Shown here one piece after another: positions 10,631-24,199 of a DNA stretch of 64,000 nucleotides. The number at the start of each line of letters is the position of its first letter. Within the stretch, counting starts at the first letter, position 1. The notes beneath the pieces are model-generated. The model ran no database searches. It worked only from the letters and a program-made list of their open reading frames with translations, and had not been told where the DNA came from. The DNA is from Saccostrea echinata (taxonomy: Eukaryota). The stretch lies in contig NW_026889778.1 in the NCBI RefSeq assembly GCF_033153115.1, forward strand, positions 25,730,001-25,794,000, written 5' to 3'. The position numbers and the translations under genes were made by a program.

Positions 10631-13581
10631 GTTAAGGAAGTAAATGGAAAATGCGATCTTAGTACATTCTTAATAGGTATTGTTTTTAAAAATCTTTGTT
10701 ACAAAGTACCTGTAAACATGTAGGAAAGGTAATATAGATATCCATAATGGATAGGTTTGTGGCTTACTCAGTACCAGTAACATCCCATGTATCACCTGTG
10801 TGTAACGTGACTTGTATAAAAATAGAATTGTTCAGCTGAATGTAGAAAATGAGGCTAGTGCAAGGGCATAAGCATGTTTTTGGAGAAAAAAAATGATACA
10901 TATTAAAATAATGTTATGCCGAGCAGAATCAGCAGAACCAAAGGAGATATACACATCGTGTTTCCCATATTTAAAGTCAATTTGAAGATCTTGCAATCAT
11001 GGTACGGCTGACGGAAGTTCCATAGATTTTAGCGTTTGCATTGCCCAGGTACAGAAAAGGACACAACAGATTGCTGTGCAGTTTGTTGTGGATTTTTCAC
11101 TATAGAATGTCTAAGCCCTCGTCAGAGAGGAACTGGAGAGTTTCCAACTAAGACTGAGGGTGACATTAGCGCATAACAACAGTCAAGGTGGGGCTATTCC
11201 TGCTGCCACCTGTGTAATTGCTACGACATTACCACTGAAACCGCTAATAATACAGAAGGTAATCATAATCGTTACATTCACTTAAAAACTTAAATAAATC
11301 AATTGCGCCGTTTTTGTTTGTGAACTTGTCAACTTTACGTCGGTGTTCCTCTCACACGCCAACGTGTGCGTCGTATGCCTAATTTTCAGAATGTTAATCC
11401 TCTGCTCAATGTAGCCAGAGTTTGTCAAGAAATTTTTTTCGCAAATAATCACATTATTCCACTTGATTGGGTTCCGTAAAGCCCAATTTTCCTCAAATCG
11501 AACATCTGTGGGACTAACAGGACGGTAGAATTTGAAGGCATCTTAATCCCCCAGCTATTTTCGACCAACTAAAAACTGCCTTGTCAAAAGGATTGAATAA
11601 TATTTCGCTGAGAAAGATAAATGCACTGAACTGATGAACTTTATACAGAGGAGAATCAAGGCTGTGACAGATGAGCGAGTGAGGCATAAGGGATAATGAT
11701 GATTTTTTATTTTCACTTTTGAGGGGTACCATCAACTGAGTTTCAATAACTCATGAATTAACAGTCAAAATCAAATGAGATTTTGGTGACTTGTTGAATA
11801 AGGATAACTTTAAATGTTAGATAAAAATACTGGAAAATACCTCAATAATTTACCTTCAGTTTCTTTTTCCTTTCTGAATACATTTAAAAAAAACTTATGT
11901 TTAGAGATAAAACATATTAGATGGATCTATAATTATTTAAAAAGACAACTTTACTAGTACCGTTTTACATAAATCTTAGAACCATGAATATAAGAAGTAT
12001 CATTATGTTGAACGAAGTGTTAATCTACAGTGTACTAAAAAAAAGAGGTATTTATCTTGGGTAAATTTTTATACAAAGCAACAGCTCTACAAAAATGTAT
12101 TTGAATTTTTTTCTCTTTCTCTGTTTTTAAAGGACATCAATTAAAAGGGTAAATGTACCTTAAATTACATGTAACAGTGAAATAATTAAACAATATTAAA
12201 ATGTACGATAAGGCTCATAAAAATATCTCGTTTACCGATATTTACGGTATCATTTTAAAAGATTTCGTTCTAAAGCTATTTGAATAGATCTTTCAAATAG
12301 TCTATTTTCTTCCATTGGCTTTTGCTTTTTATTTGAACAGACTCATCCAACCTCCTGGGACCTTATGAATGGGACCAAAACATAATCATTAATGCTATTG
12401 TCAAAAATCTTCTCATATACTCATAGACAACAAGCAGAAAATCTGTTGGCATGATTATAAATGAAATGAGTGTTTTACCAAGATTGTGAAATTCATGGCC
12501 CCTGATTTATCAGCTGCGTACTTATGGTGGGACTCTATTGATCATTTTGTGAGAATCCATGAATTCTTTACCTGGGTCATGGGTTCTGGTGTTAAGGTGG
12601 ATTTAATGATTATATAGTGAAAATCCATGGATTCTTTACCTGGGTCTTGGATTCTGGTGTAAGGGCGGATTTAATAGTGAAAATGCTTTATTCTTTGATA
12701 ATCGTTTTCTCTGCTCCTTGGTATTTAGCAGATAAACTTAGTTAAAGCATTGCTGTGACGTCATGCCTTTGTTCTTGCAGTCTGAAAATTTACCTGTAGC
12801 CGTCCGATAATAATAATTAACAGTCCAATAATATATTATCGGACTGCAGTGATAACAAAATCGGACAGTAGTTAAAAAACAACAACTATAGTGAAATCAA
12901 GGCTTAATATGTCCAGAAACCAAAAAAAGTTAGGGAGAAAAAATTCAGAGAAAGCGAACGCGAGGAAATTAAATTGTTAAAAATAGCAAATGCAAGAAGA
13001 AGAAGAAACTGGAGTTTTAACCTTCCTCAGAAGTAACACTTTCCATTCGGTTTTTTGCAAAGCGTTTTCGATACAGCACTGTGAATAAGCCAATTTAAAT
13101 CCATTTCTGATAAAGAACCAGTCTGCGAATCTCTTCATTAAACGTGGTTTGTTCGCCAATTGCAATGACCGCACTTTTAAAACCCAAGATTTTTATTATA
13201 TCATTCAATCAAAATTTTAGATAAAAATCCGCAATTTTACTTTGAATACATTTTGAAGATATCATCCAACACTGTATCTGTATCAATGTCAAACGCACTT
13301 ATAATTAAAAAAAATATTCCGAATCATAAAAAAAATCCTTCATAACCTGACCACTGTCCATAGTTCCTGCTAAGCCAAACGACTGCCATTGAATGAATGA
13401 ATGAAAAAAAGAGTTCACTCACTGGTTTTCCTGTCTAAAGAAAAAAAAAACTTTCTCTTTTCTTTTGTCTACTTATTAGGTGGTTTCAGGTAGAAAACTA
13501 TTGATGCCTGAACTCCTATTGTGTAATTATCGGACTCCTCCAGGTAACTCTTGGACATTTAAATAACAATGTTTTAAGTAA

Positions 13582-13691
13582 GATATATGCCTCATACAAT
13601 TCTATATGTAAAATTATCAGACTGTTTTCGGCCCTAACGGGCCTCAAACAGTCTGATAATTTTACATATAGAACAGTATTCGGCATATATC
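13582..13691. repeat. ~110-bp hairpin palindrome, probably the end of a non-autonomous DNA element
   Basis: Perfect 27-bp inverted arms tctatatgtaaaattatcagactgttt / aaacagtctgataattttacatataga, an inner ggccc-taac-gggcc stem, and outer arms gatatatgcc/ggcatatatc. Confidence 0.85.
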
Positions 13692-14935
13692 CATTACTTA
13701 AAAAGCAAAGGTGTCTCTTTGAAAATTACGAAATTTTTGGCTCCTGTGTCGGAGGTTCTGGCGTTAGGGTTGGACTCTATTGATTATATTAGTGAAAATT
13801 CATTAATACAGGGCATAATACCATGGTGAAATGTGCCCCCATCATTTTTTTTTAATTATGAGCCCAATGGGGCTAATGAATCACCTTTTGGCAGTTCCAA
13901 AAACAAACAAAGCTTAAATAATATATAATATGAATACCTGAATAGGTTTACCAGTGTAATTATGCATCCAACCCCATGGCAAATCATGAAATCAAAATAA
14001 GCGACTGACCGTAATAGCTACATGATGAATAACAAATGCAATTTACTCTAGCGACATGCATTTGCAGTGTTAAATTTTTATCATATGCCATCAGTAGCAT
14101 TTGCCTGACATGCCATAGGCCTAAATTCCTTAATGAAACCAAAAACATTGAACGCACTTGTAATCTACCCAAACTTGACCATATCAAAATAAATTGTTAT
14201 ATAAGTATTAAAGTTTTATATACTGCCTACAAGCTTTTAAGTGCTGAAACAACTGACACCTTAACACTATTCTAATACTTTGTGTAACCATGTGTTCCTT
14301 TTAGGTGCACACTATTTCAACAGTTTACTTTATTCTCATTTTCTGATGACCAAAATCTTGAGTGATTCAAAAATCGTGCACCAGAACCAAACTCTCTGCC
14401 TGATTTATCATTTAAAAGCCTGTTTACCAACGACACCTTGACATTGAACCATTCAGATTCTCTTTAGAACCTGCCAAGATTACCTGATGGTTTACTATGG
14501 AGAATTCGTTATGTACACATACACTGTGCACTCCATGACCCCGGATTTTTCTCAGCGAGTGAAACATTCTCAACCCAGTCGTATAACTGAACATATAGAC
14601 TACACAAATCATTAAAATCTGATTGTGTACGTACTAAAGCGGGTTTATTTTTATCAACTTCTCCAAGCCTACTAAAAGTATGTCAATTTAATGCAACCCG
14701 AATATCCTCTATATGGAACCTTCTCGCCGAGATACAGATAGAAATTTACATTTAACTGTTCTAAACAAATTTTGCAAACGAACAATGAATGAATGTCCTT
14801 GAATCAAAATACTATTCTGCATGACTGAAACGATATAATTACTCACACACTAGTAAAATGTGTAAACCACCTTTTCGGAGCCAAAAGTTATTTTGATAAG
14901 GATGAGGCTAATAGCCGTAACTAGATGGCGCTTAA

Positions 14936-17900
14936 AGCTGACATGAATTCTTAAAAACGCAACATTTGCATCAATGTACGACTTGTTTCATACCAACTAT
15001 TCCGCCATATTTCTTTCAGATACCTTGTCTTATTGTAACGATATATACCCAATTGCTCTCGTAACACTTGAGTGAATTTTGGCTATCGACGCGTGCACAT
15101 CTCCGATAGTAAAGTATTTGGGAACACATGAATTGATGAAAACATTTTAAAACCAGAACAGATAAAAACAGTCATAATGATAATTATGAATAATTATCGT
15201 TTTGAATAACATAAATGCAAGTTTGGAAGAAAAATCATAGTTGCGCGTGTTTTTTAAAAGCATACCAATATATATATGCACAATAAACTTGAAATAATAT
15301 ACAGTAAAACTCGTACAAACAATTTGCAATAATCTATCGTAAGAATGGAACAAACCACCACTTCACCAGCGTATTTCCTGTGCATGTCCATATGCATTCA
15401 AATACAACTAATGCATATCGAGAGAACACGTCGAACACTGTAAACTTATTCATACCTGGAAATAGACCACTGTACCCGTTCGAAGATGTGCACATGCCGA
15501 ATAATTTACACCTTGTATTCCATTTATTGAAATATGCATCACAAAAAGTAATAAACTACATAAATACTCAACAGTAAACACGTTGTCACCTCATCGTACA
15601 GCCTAGCACTTGAATACGCTTAGTCCGTGCTGATCAGATTTTGGTCAGGGAAAATATCACAAGTGAAAAAGGGAATTAGTATTAGCGCGACTGGGTAAAA
15701 AATAAGAAATCACTAAAAAAAAAAGGCTGATTGCTGATTATCTGAAACCTAAACTGAGTAATTTGGTGTAAAAAATGATTTAGAACACGACATGAGAGCA
15801 TTTAACCAGAACACAAATTAACAAATATACACATACGTGGAGGGGGGGGGGGGGAGGGGTACTCCCTTTTTACAGAGTCAGGCACGTAATATCTAAGAAA
15901 TAATTGACACTTGACACCTGAAAAATCTTTGACAAGCAAAAAAAAAAAAAAAAATTTATAATAAAAATTATAATAATAATAATTATGGAGGGGGGGGGCA
16001 ACTTTTTCAAGGATTTGACTATAGTGCAACAAAAAGTGGAGGAGATCAGCCTTTGAGTGTGTATTTCATACTAAACAGTAAAACATTATGCTCGGAAAAA
16101 GGGGGGCATCCCCCACCCATGTGTTCGACAGGGATTTTTTTTCATTTTAAGACTGGCTGCCCCCCCCCCCACCCCCCCAACTCTAATCCAACATTATTGT
16201 ACATTGTACTCAAATATTTTTCTGCCGAAAATGATAGTATGAAGAGAATCTGTCCCTCCCCTGACTACGATTTGTTTTTAAATGCCTGTTTTCCTTCTTC
16301 ACTCCCCCCAGTTTTTAAGTGCCTAAAGTTTTTCTTTTGCTTGTCAATCATTTTACTGTCCCCGCTCCCCCTCGCATACACACATTTTGAGAAACGGTGA
16401 TACGTGCCTGTTTTATATGCATGTATAGAAAGTCTTTTCAGATTGGAGTTTCCGCAGGTAGTCTAAAATTGGGTACCTATTCAATTTCTTGTATTTTGAG
16501 AAAATCTTAAAAGATAGTTTAAGGATAACTTAAAATCTAAACCGCAAGATTATAAATAAATATTTTTTGCATTTTCAATACAAGTATACTCTCTCTCTCT
16601 CTCTCTTTTATGTGTGAGCATCCATACATGTACATGTAAGAGTAATAATGCATATAAAATCCGATGTAGTAAAAATCTTGGGAAATGATATAGTCTTTAT
16701 AAGGGCAGATTGAGGAATTTTTCTGGGACAGGGTGGATCAAACCTGCTGAAAAAAATTGTCTCCTTTTTTGACAAGCCCAAAAAGGGAAAAGAAAAGAAG
16801 AAAAAAAACCTACATACCCAAACGAAAAGGGAAGAAAACAATTGTGAAAACTATATTTCACGGGAATGGAAACATGTGGACCCTTCTCGTGTTCTTTCCA
16901 GAGGAAACAAATTCAGTTTTTTGTTTCTTTATACCTCCAAGGAGCACAGAGGGTTCCTACCAGAAATTTTTTAGACAAGAAAAAAAATATCAAAATAAAA
17001 AAAAAACAACTTTTGTGTGTGTGTGTGTGGGGGGGGGGGGGGGGCACTGTCAGGGGCACATTGTTTTCCTTTCCTATAAACTTTGACTATTTTAAAATTA
17101 AAATTATATAATATTTAAAGAAATAATACACATGCACGCAACCATATTTTAATCATTCAGTCACATCACAAAATTTCTTTAAATATCTAAAACGTGTAAA
17201 TATGTGTAGTTGTTAAAAAAAACTTATGTAATGTAATAATTAGTACTTTTGCATCGCCTCGTGATATCTTTGGCAATGCGCACGAAGATTGTTGAATCAC
17301 AGCACTTAACATTTGGGTACACGGTAGAACTATTTCAATTATCAATATTACTTTGACATATACTAATAGTGTAATACTTACTCAACTTCAATATATACAA
17401 AAACATGTACTGTAGATTATTTTATATACACATAGTTATGTCTGTGCTTGTTGATAATTGTATCAATCGTGCTTGTAATTTATGACGCCTAAAAGGGTCC
17501 TGATTTGAAAATGTCTACAGAAACAAATTCTTCAGTGTGTGTAAATTTAAGATATATCAGTTTTATATCTGAAATATAGTTGAGGCAAGTTCACTGCAAG
17601 TATTTAAATATATTTGATCAAGGAAAATCCGACCTTTTTTCGACGTTTGTTTAAAATATATTGAAAAATGTATTCTACATATCCCCTCCCCCTTTCATTT
17701 TCTTTAAAAGATGTAAGATCCGTAACAAGAATGTATATTTATGTAATAAATTTGTTGTAATAAAGCCACAGTCATGAACATATTTACTACATGTACCGAC
17801 AACAGTTAGTTCGATTTCTGAAACGTTTTATTTGCGTGACTACATTGTCTAACCAGGCAAATATCAGTGTCATTTCCACATTTCGATATTTTCCCTGACC

Positions 17901-18641
17901 AAAAATGCTGATCGGCAGGGACCACGTGTGTTCAAGTGCTAGTGACAATTTGTTTACCGTTGAGATACAAATGGAGTTATTTCTTCTGTGATGCATATTT
18001 CAATAAAAGGAAAATAGGAAGTAATTCTTTCGACATGTGCACAACCTTGTAGCGAGCTCTGTATTTCAGGCAGATGAGTATAAAGCGTTCGACGCGTTTT
18101 CTCGGCATGCATAAGTTCAATGCGTAAGTTGCATAGTATGTGGTTATACCGAGTAGCATGCATAAAGCTCAACAGTACAGTGGGTTTTGTTTTGTTTTTT
18201 TGGAAAAAAATATATGTGGTACCTTCTTTATTGTTCAGATATATATGTAATGTATATCAAACATGCATTTGCCGTTTTGATTTTTATGCATTGCATCAAA
18301 ATTATTCAAAATTTATATATCCTTTCCAGTTTTCAGTAAAATTCCTAGTTTTGGTAGGATTGTTAGATTTATTGCATGTTCCAAAAGTGCTTTATCGGAG
18401 ATGTGTATAGGCCTACGTTTTCGGTCAGTTCATGACGTGTTCCAAAACTTTGCTATCGGAGATGTGTACATATCGACAGCCAGGCTAGAAAATCACTCAA
18501 GTGTAAAAAAGGCATCAGGGTTTATATAGCCGGTAAAATAAGTGAGCGAATCTGAAAGAAATATGGCGGAAAAGGGAGCACGGGAATGAAATAAGTCGTA
18601 CAAGGATGAAAATATCACATTTTTAAGAGTTCATGTCAGCT
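14936..18641. mobile_element. 3.7-kb non-autonomous TTAA-TSD element (Kolobok-like) with ~0.7-kb imperfect terminal inverted repeats
   Basis: TTAA|agctgacatgaattctt at the left end and aagagttcatgtcagct|TTAA at the right end. Further inverted matches: ttccgccatatttctttcagat; tattgaaatatgcatcaca (15526 vs ~17986); ttttggtcagggaaaatatc (15639 vs ~17885). Confidence 0.75.
15879..16410. mobile_element. Nested small TIR element (caggcacgta…tacgtgcctg)
   Basis: 10-bp terminal inverted repeat plus inner ttgacaagcaaaa / ttttgcttgtcaa. No clear TSD. Confidence 0.55.
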
Positions 18642-19698
18642 TTAAATATAAAACCCGGACCCCCCCCCCCCCCCAAGACCCATGAATTGACACAAAATAG
18701 TGATAAATAAAAATAACACAATCTTGTATGTATTTAGATCACATAAATTCATTTATATACATAACTACACTAATGCTTGGTGTTTTGCAAACATATTAAG
18801 AGCAAGGTTGTTTTTTTTTTTACTGTTTTCCTTTGGGAGTCATAGCTTTCATCTATCAATTCATTTTTTTTATGTTATGCTTCTATGGATCTTTTGATAT
18901 ATTGTATTATACTCAGGTGACCGTTTAGGCCTTTTCGTAATTTTTGATTTTTTTCTTTGTAATATCGTATTATACTCAAGTGACCGTTAAGGCCTCTTGC
19001 TTTTTTTTAAATTTGGATTTTTTAAAATCCATGTTTGATATTTCCGTGACATTTAACATACTAGTAGACTTAGTAATTAAATAATGATTTTGTATTCTAA
19101 TCTTTTCGATAATGTACACTTACCTCGTTTGATTGATACATAATCAAATTTCGTGTATTATGGTTTTCATTTTATTTATTATCAGAATTGAAAATTTTGT
19201 CAAAATAAGAGTAATCATTTCTTTTTAAATGAAAATGTTCTCTCTTTTGTTTTTACTGATCAAATTATAGAATCCATATTTAGTCTACAAATGTTCATAA
19301 AATGTTTCGTTATTTTTGTCAATAAAAGCTGATGTGTGCTATCTGAATTGCATTTTTAATTTCTTTCATATCAAAGTAGGATCTATCAAAATCCCGTAAA
19401 TGTCTTAGAGTATAGTTTTCTAACTCTATTCATTTCAATATAAGTCAACAAAACACAACACAAGGTATGTAAATCAAAGTGTGTAACTATATATTTTCAT
19501 AAAAGATGACATATCAAATTGTTAGTTTCTAGTAGCATTATGTTCTCTCTTTCGGATATACAGATATGAAAATACGTGACATATATATAACTTCATTAAT
19601 ACAAATAAAATAGTAATAATTGGTCTGCGTATTTATTCTACTTTCATACGATATCAATATAAGAAGCAACATACTGTCATATTAAGCATGACTATAGA

Positions 19699-22480
19699 CT
19701 AAGTCTGCAGCAATTCACAGATTGTTTGTATTCTTAAAGTTGTTGCTTTTGTGATTTTGTTATACGGATTTTGTAGTAGAGAATACCGGTAAGAACGAAG
19801 CGCCTCCTCATAGCCTCCACAAATCTGTTGACATATCCCCAGTATTTGCCATGATATGTCGCGACAGTTTAGGGGTGCTCGATTAGACAATAACAGAGTC
19901 TGTAGGTCCTGAAGATGTTGCTTAGCCCTAACTGTATTACCCAGCCTGTGATGATTCAGCACAGACAACATGTGAAGCATCACTAGTGAAGGGACAAGTA
20001 ATACACACATTCCAGAGAACTCCTGTTCCAACACCAACTCATCAATGTAAGAGCAACTAATGTATAACTTAATATCATACATCACTCTAGTTTTTCTTAT
20101 GCTTTCGTTCAATGGTACCTGAACCTTGGTGCTTCTGTAAAACTCTGCATTTTCGTGATTCCAAAACATAATATGGGATCCAGACATCCTGTCTAGTACT
20201 CTCTGTAAACACCTCAAAGAGTTTTCATACCTTCCGATTCTATAAAAGTGCATGGATAGATATAGAGTATCAGATGCGGAACCTACTTTCGAAGCTAACT
20301 TTAACAGGTTACAAGACGTATGATTCAGATATGTTCGGTTTCTGTTTAAGATTTCAGTAGATGTACGTACAAATCTCGATATATAGAAAGTGGCGTTAAT
20401 AAGTGACTCTGATGTCATACCCTGGATAGCTGCTAACTGATAGATAGTCACTGTTGATCTTAGAGACTTTTCAATTGCAATCATACGCCTGAAAAAATCC
20501 GTTAAATCCAAAATAGGTACACCTAATCTAGATAAGTGAGCAAAGAGTCTGATATTTAAAGTAACGTTTGATATTATGCTTCTCTCATCTGTACAAAACA
20601 ATAGTGTTTTGTTGATGATTGCTTTGCTGAAGTAAGGTCTGAGAGTTGGACTTAGTAGAAAACATGATATCCCTCTAAAATACAAATCATACAATTGATT
20701 AAAGAGTAACCATTGTGCTGAACCTTGAACTTTCATTCTAAACATGTTGTTCTGTGGAATAAAGAAGTTTGGACATTCACCAGTTCGCACAAAGTGTATT
20801 AATAATCTAAAGCATTTCCAAAAACAAATATTAAGTAGGTTCCTAGGTGTCCACATTAATACAGGTTCTTTTTGAATGACCCAAAATAAAATTGTTTTCA
20901 TGAAATACGAACAAAGTATTGGTTGGTTGTTTTCAAAATTGATCACCTCTTTCATGAAAATCTTCAAAAGACCATAGCACAAAAACTGACAATGATTCAT
21001 GGCAAAAACAAGTTTCTGTTCTGCCATTGAAAATGATATTCTCCATTCACTGTTTGTAGAAGAGCAGGATGGCATGCTACTGATTAACACGACATGACAC
21101 CCCATTTCTATTATCTCAGAAATTACACTTTGTGGAGGCCAGTTCGTTTGCAAACATCTCTGTATCCACGGTGATGCTATGATCGGCCACTGAAGGGATT
21201 GTAAACATAACACTAAGTCAACTTCTTGGCCGTGCTGAAAGTATTTAGCGCAAGGTCCATGTTCAGTAGACATAGCCGTTATAGAGCCCATATTTCAAAG
21301 TGACTGCAAAGATATCGTTCTGAACAAAGAACTGTAAATATAGAGTCCGTTATTGATATTTACACAGGAGGATCTCACAAGCTCATTATACGATTGAGTC
21401 ATCAGCTTCAGTCTTGTGAACCCGGGGGGGGCAGTCCTTTGGTTTCCATCAATATCACAGTGTAGCTTTGAATTCGGCAAGGATTGATATGAGAGAGATC
21501 GCAAATCACTTTTTGATCTAAAGGCCAGATCATATAATCGACATCTGAGGTACTGAATCTAAATCCTTCACGAAAACTTCCACTCTTTACAAAATGGCTT
21601 CCTTTCGCGATGCTTGCTGCGCTATTCAACATATCCTCAGTCTCCGAGATATCTCTCCTGAACCTCACTTCTGTAAAGGTTCCCACTTTGAGACACAGTG
21701 CTACGCTAGTGAGTTAAGACTAGATATAGGCATTTCTATGCAAATAAACTAATTAAAATGCCCAAGGACTATATTCATTATACAGAGACAATTAAAACTT
21801 ATTGTCTAATACATACTTGGTACGCACAACATGATATACACAGTAAACATTATGACGTCATATTATGACGTCATTGTTCTTTAATACACAAGATTATAAA
21901 GGATATCAACAAAAATGCTTCGGCGCAAGGGCGTGCTCTATTTTATTTGACTAAAACAAGGTATATTTAGAAGCAAAATATTTCTAAGGAGTGCTGGTAT
22001 TGCTGCACAAATATCAACAGCTCAGTTGTTTAATTACTATTTGTAAAGTTTTAAGTTGAATCAGGGTACAGGGTAAAAATGCACTGTCCGGAATAAGTTT
22101 CCTCAAATTCCGATCAAATGAGATAATGCCTAGGATTTGTGCAGCAGTTTTATTAATCTATAGAATATTCTTCTAAGCATTATACAATTTTTATGCAAAA
22201 CTAAATAGGGTAATCCCTTGCGCCGAAGCTGTTTTGTTGATATGTTTTACTACTTCTAGTAGGTAAGAACAATGAAGTTAAAATATGACGTCATGATGTG
22301 TACTGGCTATAACATATCGTGGGTACTAAGTATGTCTCAGAAAATAAATCAAAACTTTCTCTGAATAATAATAGACATCTAATGCGTTTTTACTAGCTCA
22401 TTTGCATAGAAACGCCTATACCAAGCCTTAACTCACATGCGTACATAGAGAGCCCCTGACAAACGAGGTACTTCTTCCAT
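19699..22480 (-). pseudogene. cGLR copy 2, subfamily B, disrupted
   Basis: ATG at 22480 (MEEVPRLSGALYV…). A 738-bp MITE is inserted in codon 13. There is a +2 frameshift in the G-run at ~21424-21431 and an in-frame AGA>TGA at 21295-21297. The remaining 530-aa ORF (19699-21291) is closely similar to copy 3. Confidence 0.9.
21704..22441. mobile_element. Foldback MITE with TA TSD, inserted in the cGLR copy 2 coding sequence
   Basis: TIR cgctagtgagttaagactagatataggcatttctatgcaaa matches the reverse complement of tttgcatagaaacgcctataccaagccttaactcacatgcg. Arms extend ~300 bp (gcttcggcgcaaggg / cccttgcgccgaagc). The empty site is in copy 3 (acagtccTAcatagagag, ~30750). Confidence 0.93.
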
Positions 22481-23114
22481 TGTTATTCTTTATATGTACA
22501 ATATTTTTTTTTTTATCTCTATTTATTTTAGAATTTGCTTGAATCTGTTTGATTTTTTGGGGGAAGTTTCCAGTTTTTAAAGTAACATTATGTAATCCCG
22601 TAGGAAGAAAGAGGAAACGCATGTACATTATCATCCCCCTTTTCCGTTATATAGAAAAGTACTTGTATCATAATAGATTCACTTTAAAGAAACTTAGCCA
22701 TAAAAAGAGACACTGATATTATAGCTTAACTTTTATTTTAGTTCTGTATTGACCAAAATAACTTGGAACTGCAAGATAAATAACCAACACGTTCATGATA
22801 GCTAGAAATAATTTCACAGCATAATTATGTTATGTATGGAGAAACCAACTGCTGTAACTTTTAAATGACTAAAAATGAATTGTCTGAAATTTCTGATACC
22901 GGGATAACTTTGATGATACTTTTCTTTGATACCATATACTGGTACAGGCTCTATGTGATTATGATTTTAAATAGGAAAATTCATCTGTAATGTAAATTTC
23001 AAAGTTTTCATATGATCATATGATCCCGGTGTATTGTTCTGTTTAGGAACAACCTCGATCTGTATCATTTTAATTTGATCTTCGTAACCTTTGAGTCTTT
23101 TCATTTGCAATTTA

Positions 23115-24176
23115 CGAGGGATTTCCCAAAATTTCGTAGACAAGCGTCGTTTTGTAGTAACCAGGTGTCATAAATTAATGAAACTTTCAAAATAACTAAA
23201 ACTACTAACATTTAATATTTGTAATGTAAAACATTGCGTAATTACACAGATTTATCCTATTTAAATGAAATAATTCAATGTCTGATGTAAAGAGGCGGCG
23301 CAATCTAAGAATTCGCTATTAAAAATCGGTATATAAAATGTAAAATCTCGCAAAAAAGGAATTTCTTGTCAAAATTTCGTGGGATAAAAATGATAGTTTC
23401 TCAAATTACATAAATAACTATCTTGATTCCAATTTTAACGCATATGCCTTCATTAATAAGAATGTTATAACGTTTATTTGCACTGGTTAGACGCTTGACT
23501 GTTTAAAAAAAATGACGCCGCATTGACACAGGCGGCGCAATGGAATATGATAAAATGTAGATCGGAACTTTAATAGAGGTGCATTAGAAGAAACAAATGT
23601 TTGGAACACATAGATATATTCAAGTATGTATTATCTGAATGACATAAGAAGTTTTTCAAGGTATATATGAAAAACGAAGCAAATAAAGAGACCAGCCGAA
23701 AGAAATAGACAAAAAAATCGTCGTCAAAGCTACACAGTGCAACTCCATTCGGGAAGACGAACAAAAAGTCCCTCGGAGAAAAGGAGATTTTTATGAATTA
23801 TTAATAGATGCATGCAATTTAAACTTTTTTGGCGTATATTTTAATGTTAAGTATATCATAACAATTATAATATTTCATATTTATTTCACAAATCTTTATG
23901 TTAAGGTAGAAAATGTGATTCTGCTAATTAATGCATTTTCCCCAAAAATTCGTACCAGCGACGTTTACGTATTTTTTGACGTCGAAGATTGCGCCGGGTG
24001 GAAGGATACGGTAACATTAAAATTCCAATTAAACGTACGTTTTTCAAGTAATGATGTTAAAATTTCGCAATTTATCAGCTAAAAACACACTTTGTACACC
24101 CACAAAATTATATAAAGATACCTTGATTTATGCAATAGATATAGACTCAATTTACGGAATTTTGGGACAACCCTCG
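23115..24176. mobile_element. Non-autonomous mariner-type element (TA|CGAGGG termini)
   Basis: TA|cgagggatttcccaaaatttcgta … tacggaattttgggacaaccctcg|TA. Empty site at ~31422 (gcagttTAcatgttgaaat). Confidence 0.9.
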
Positions 24177-24199
24177 TACATGTTGAAATCAATGCCTAT

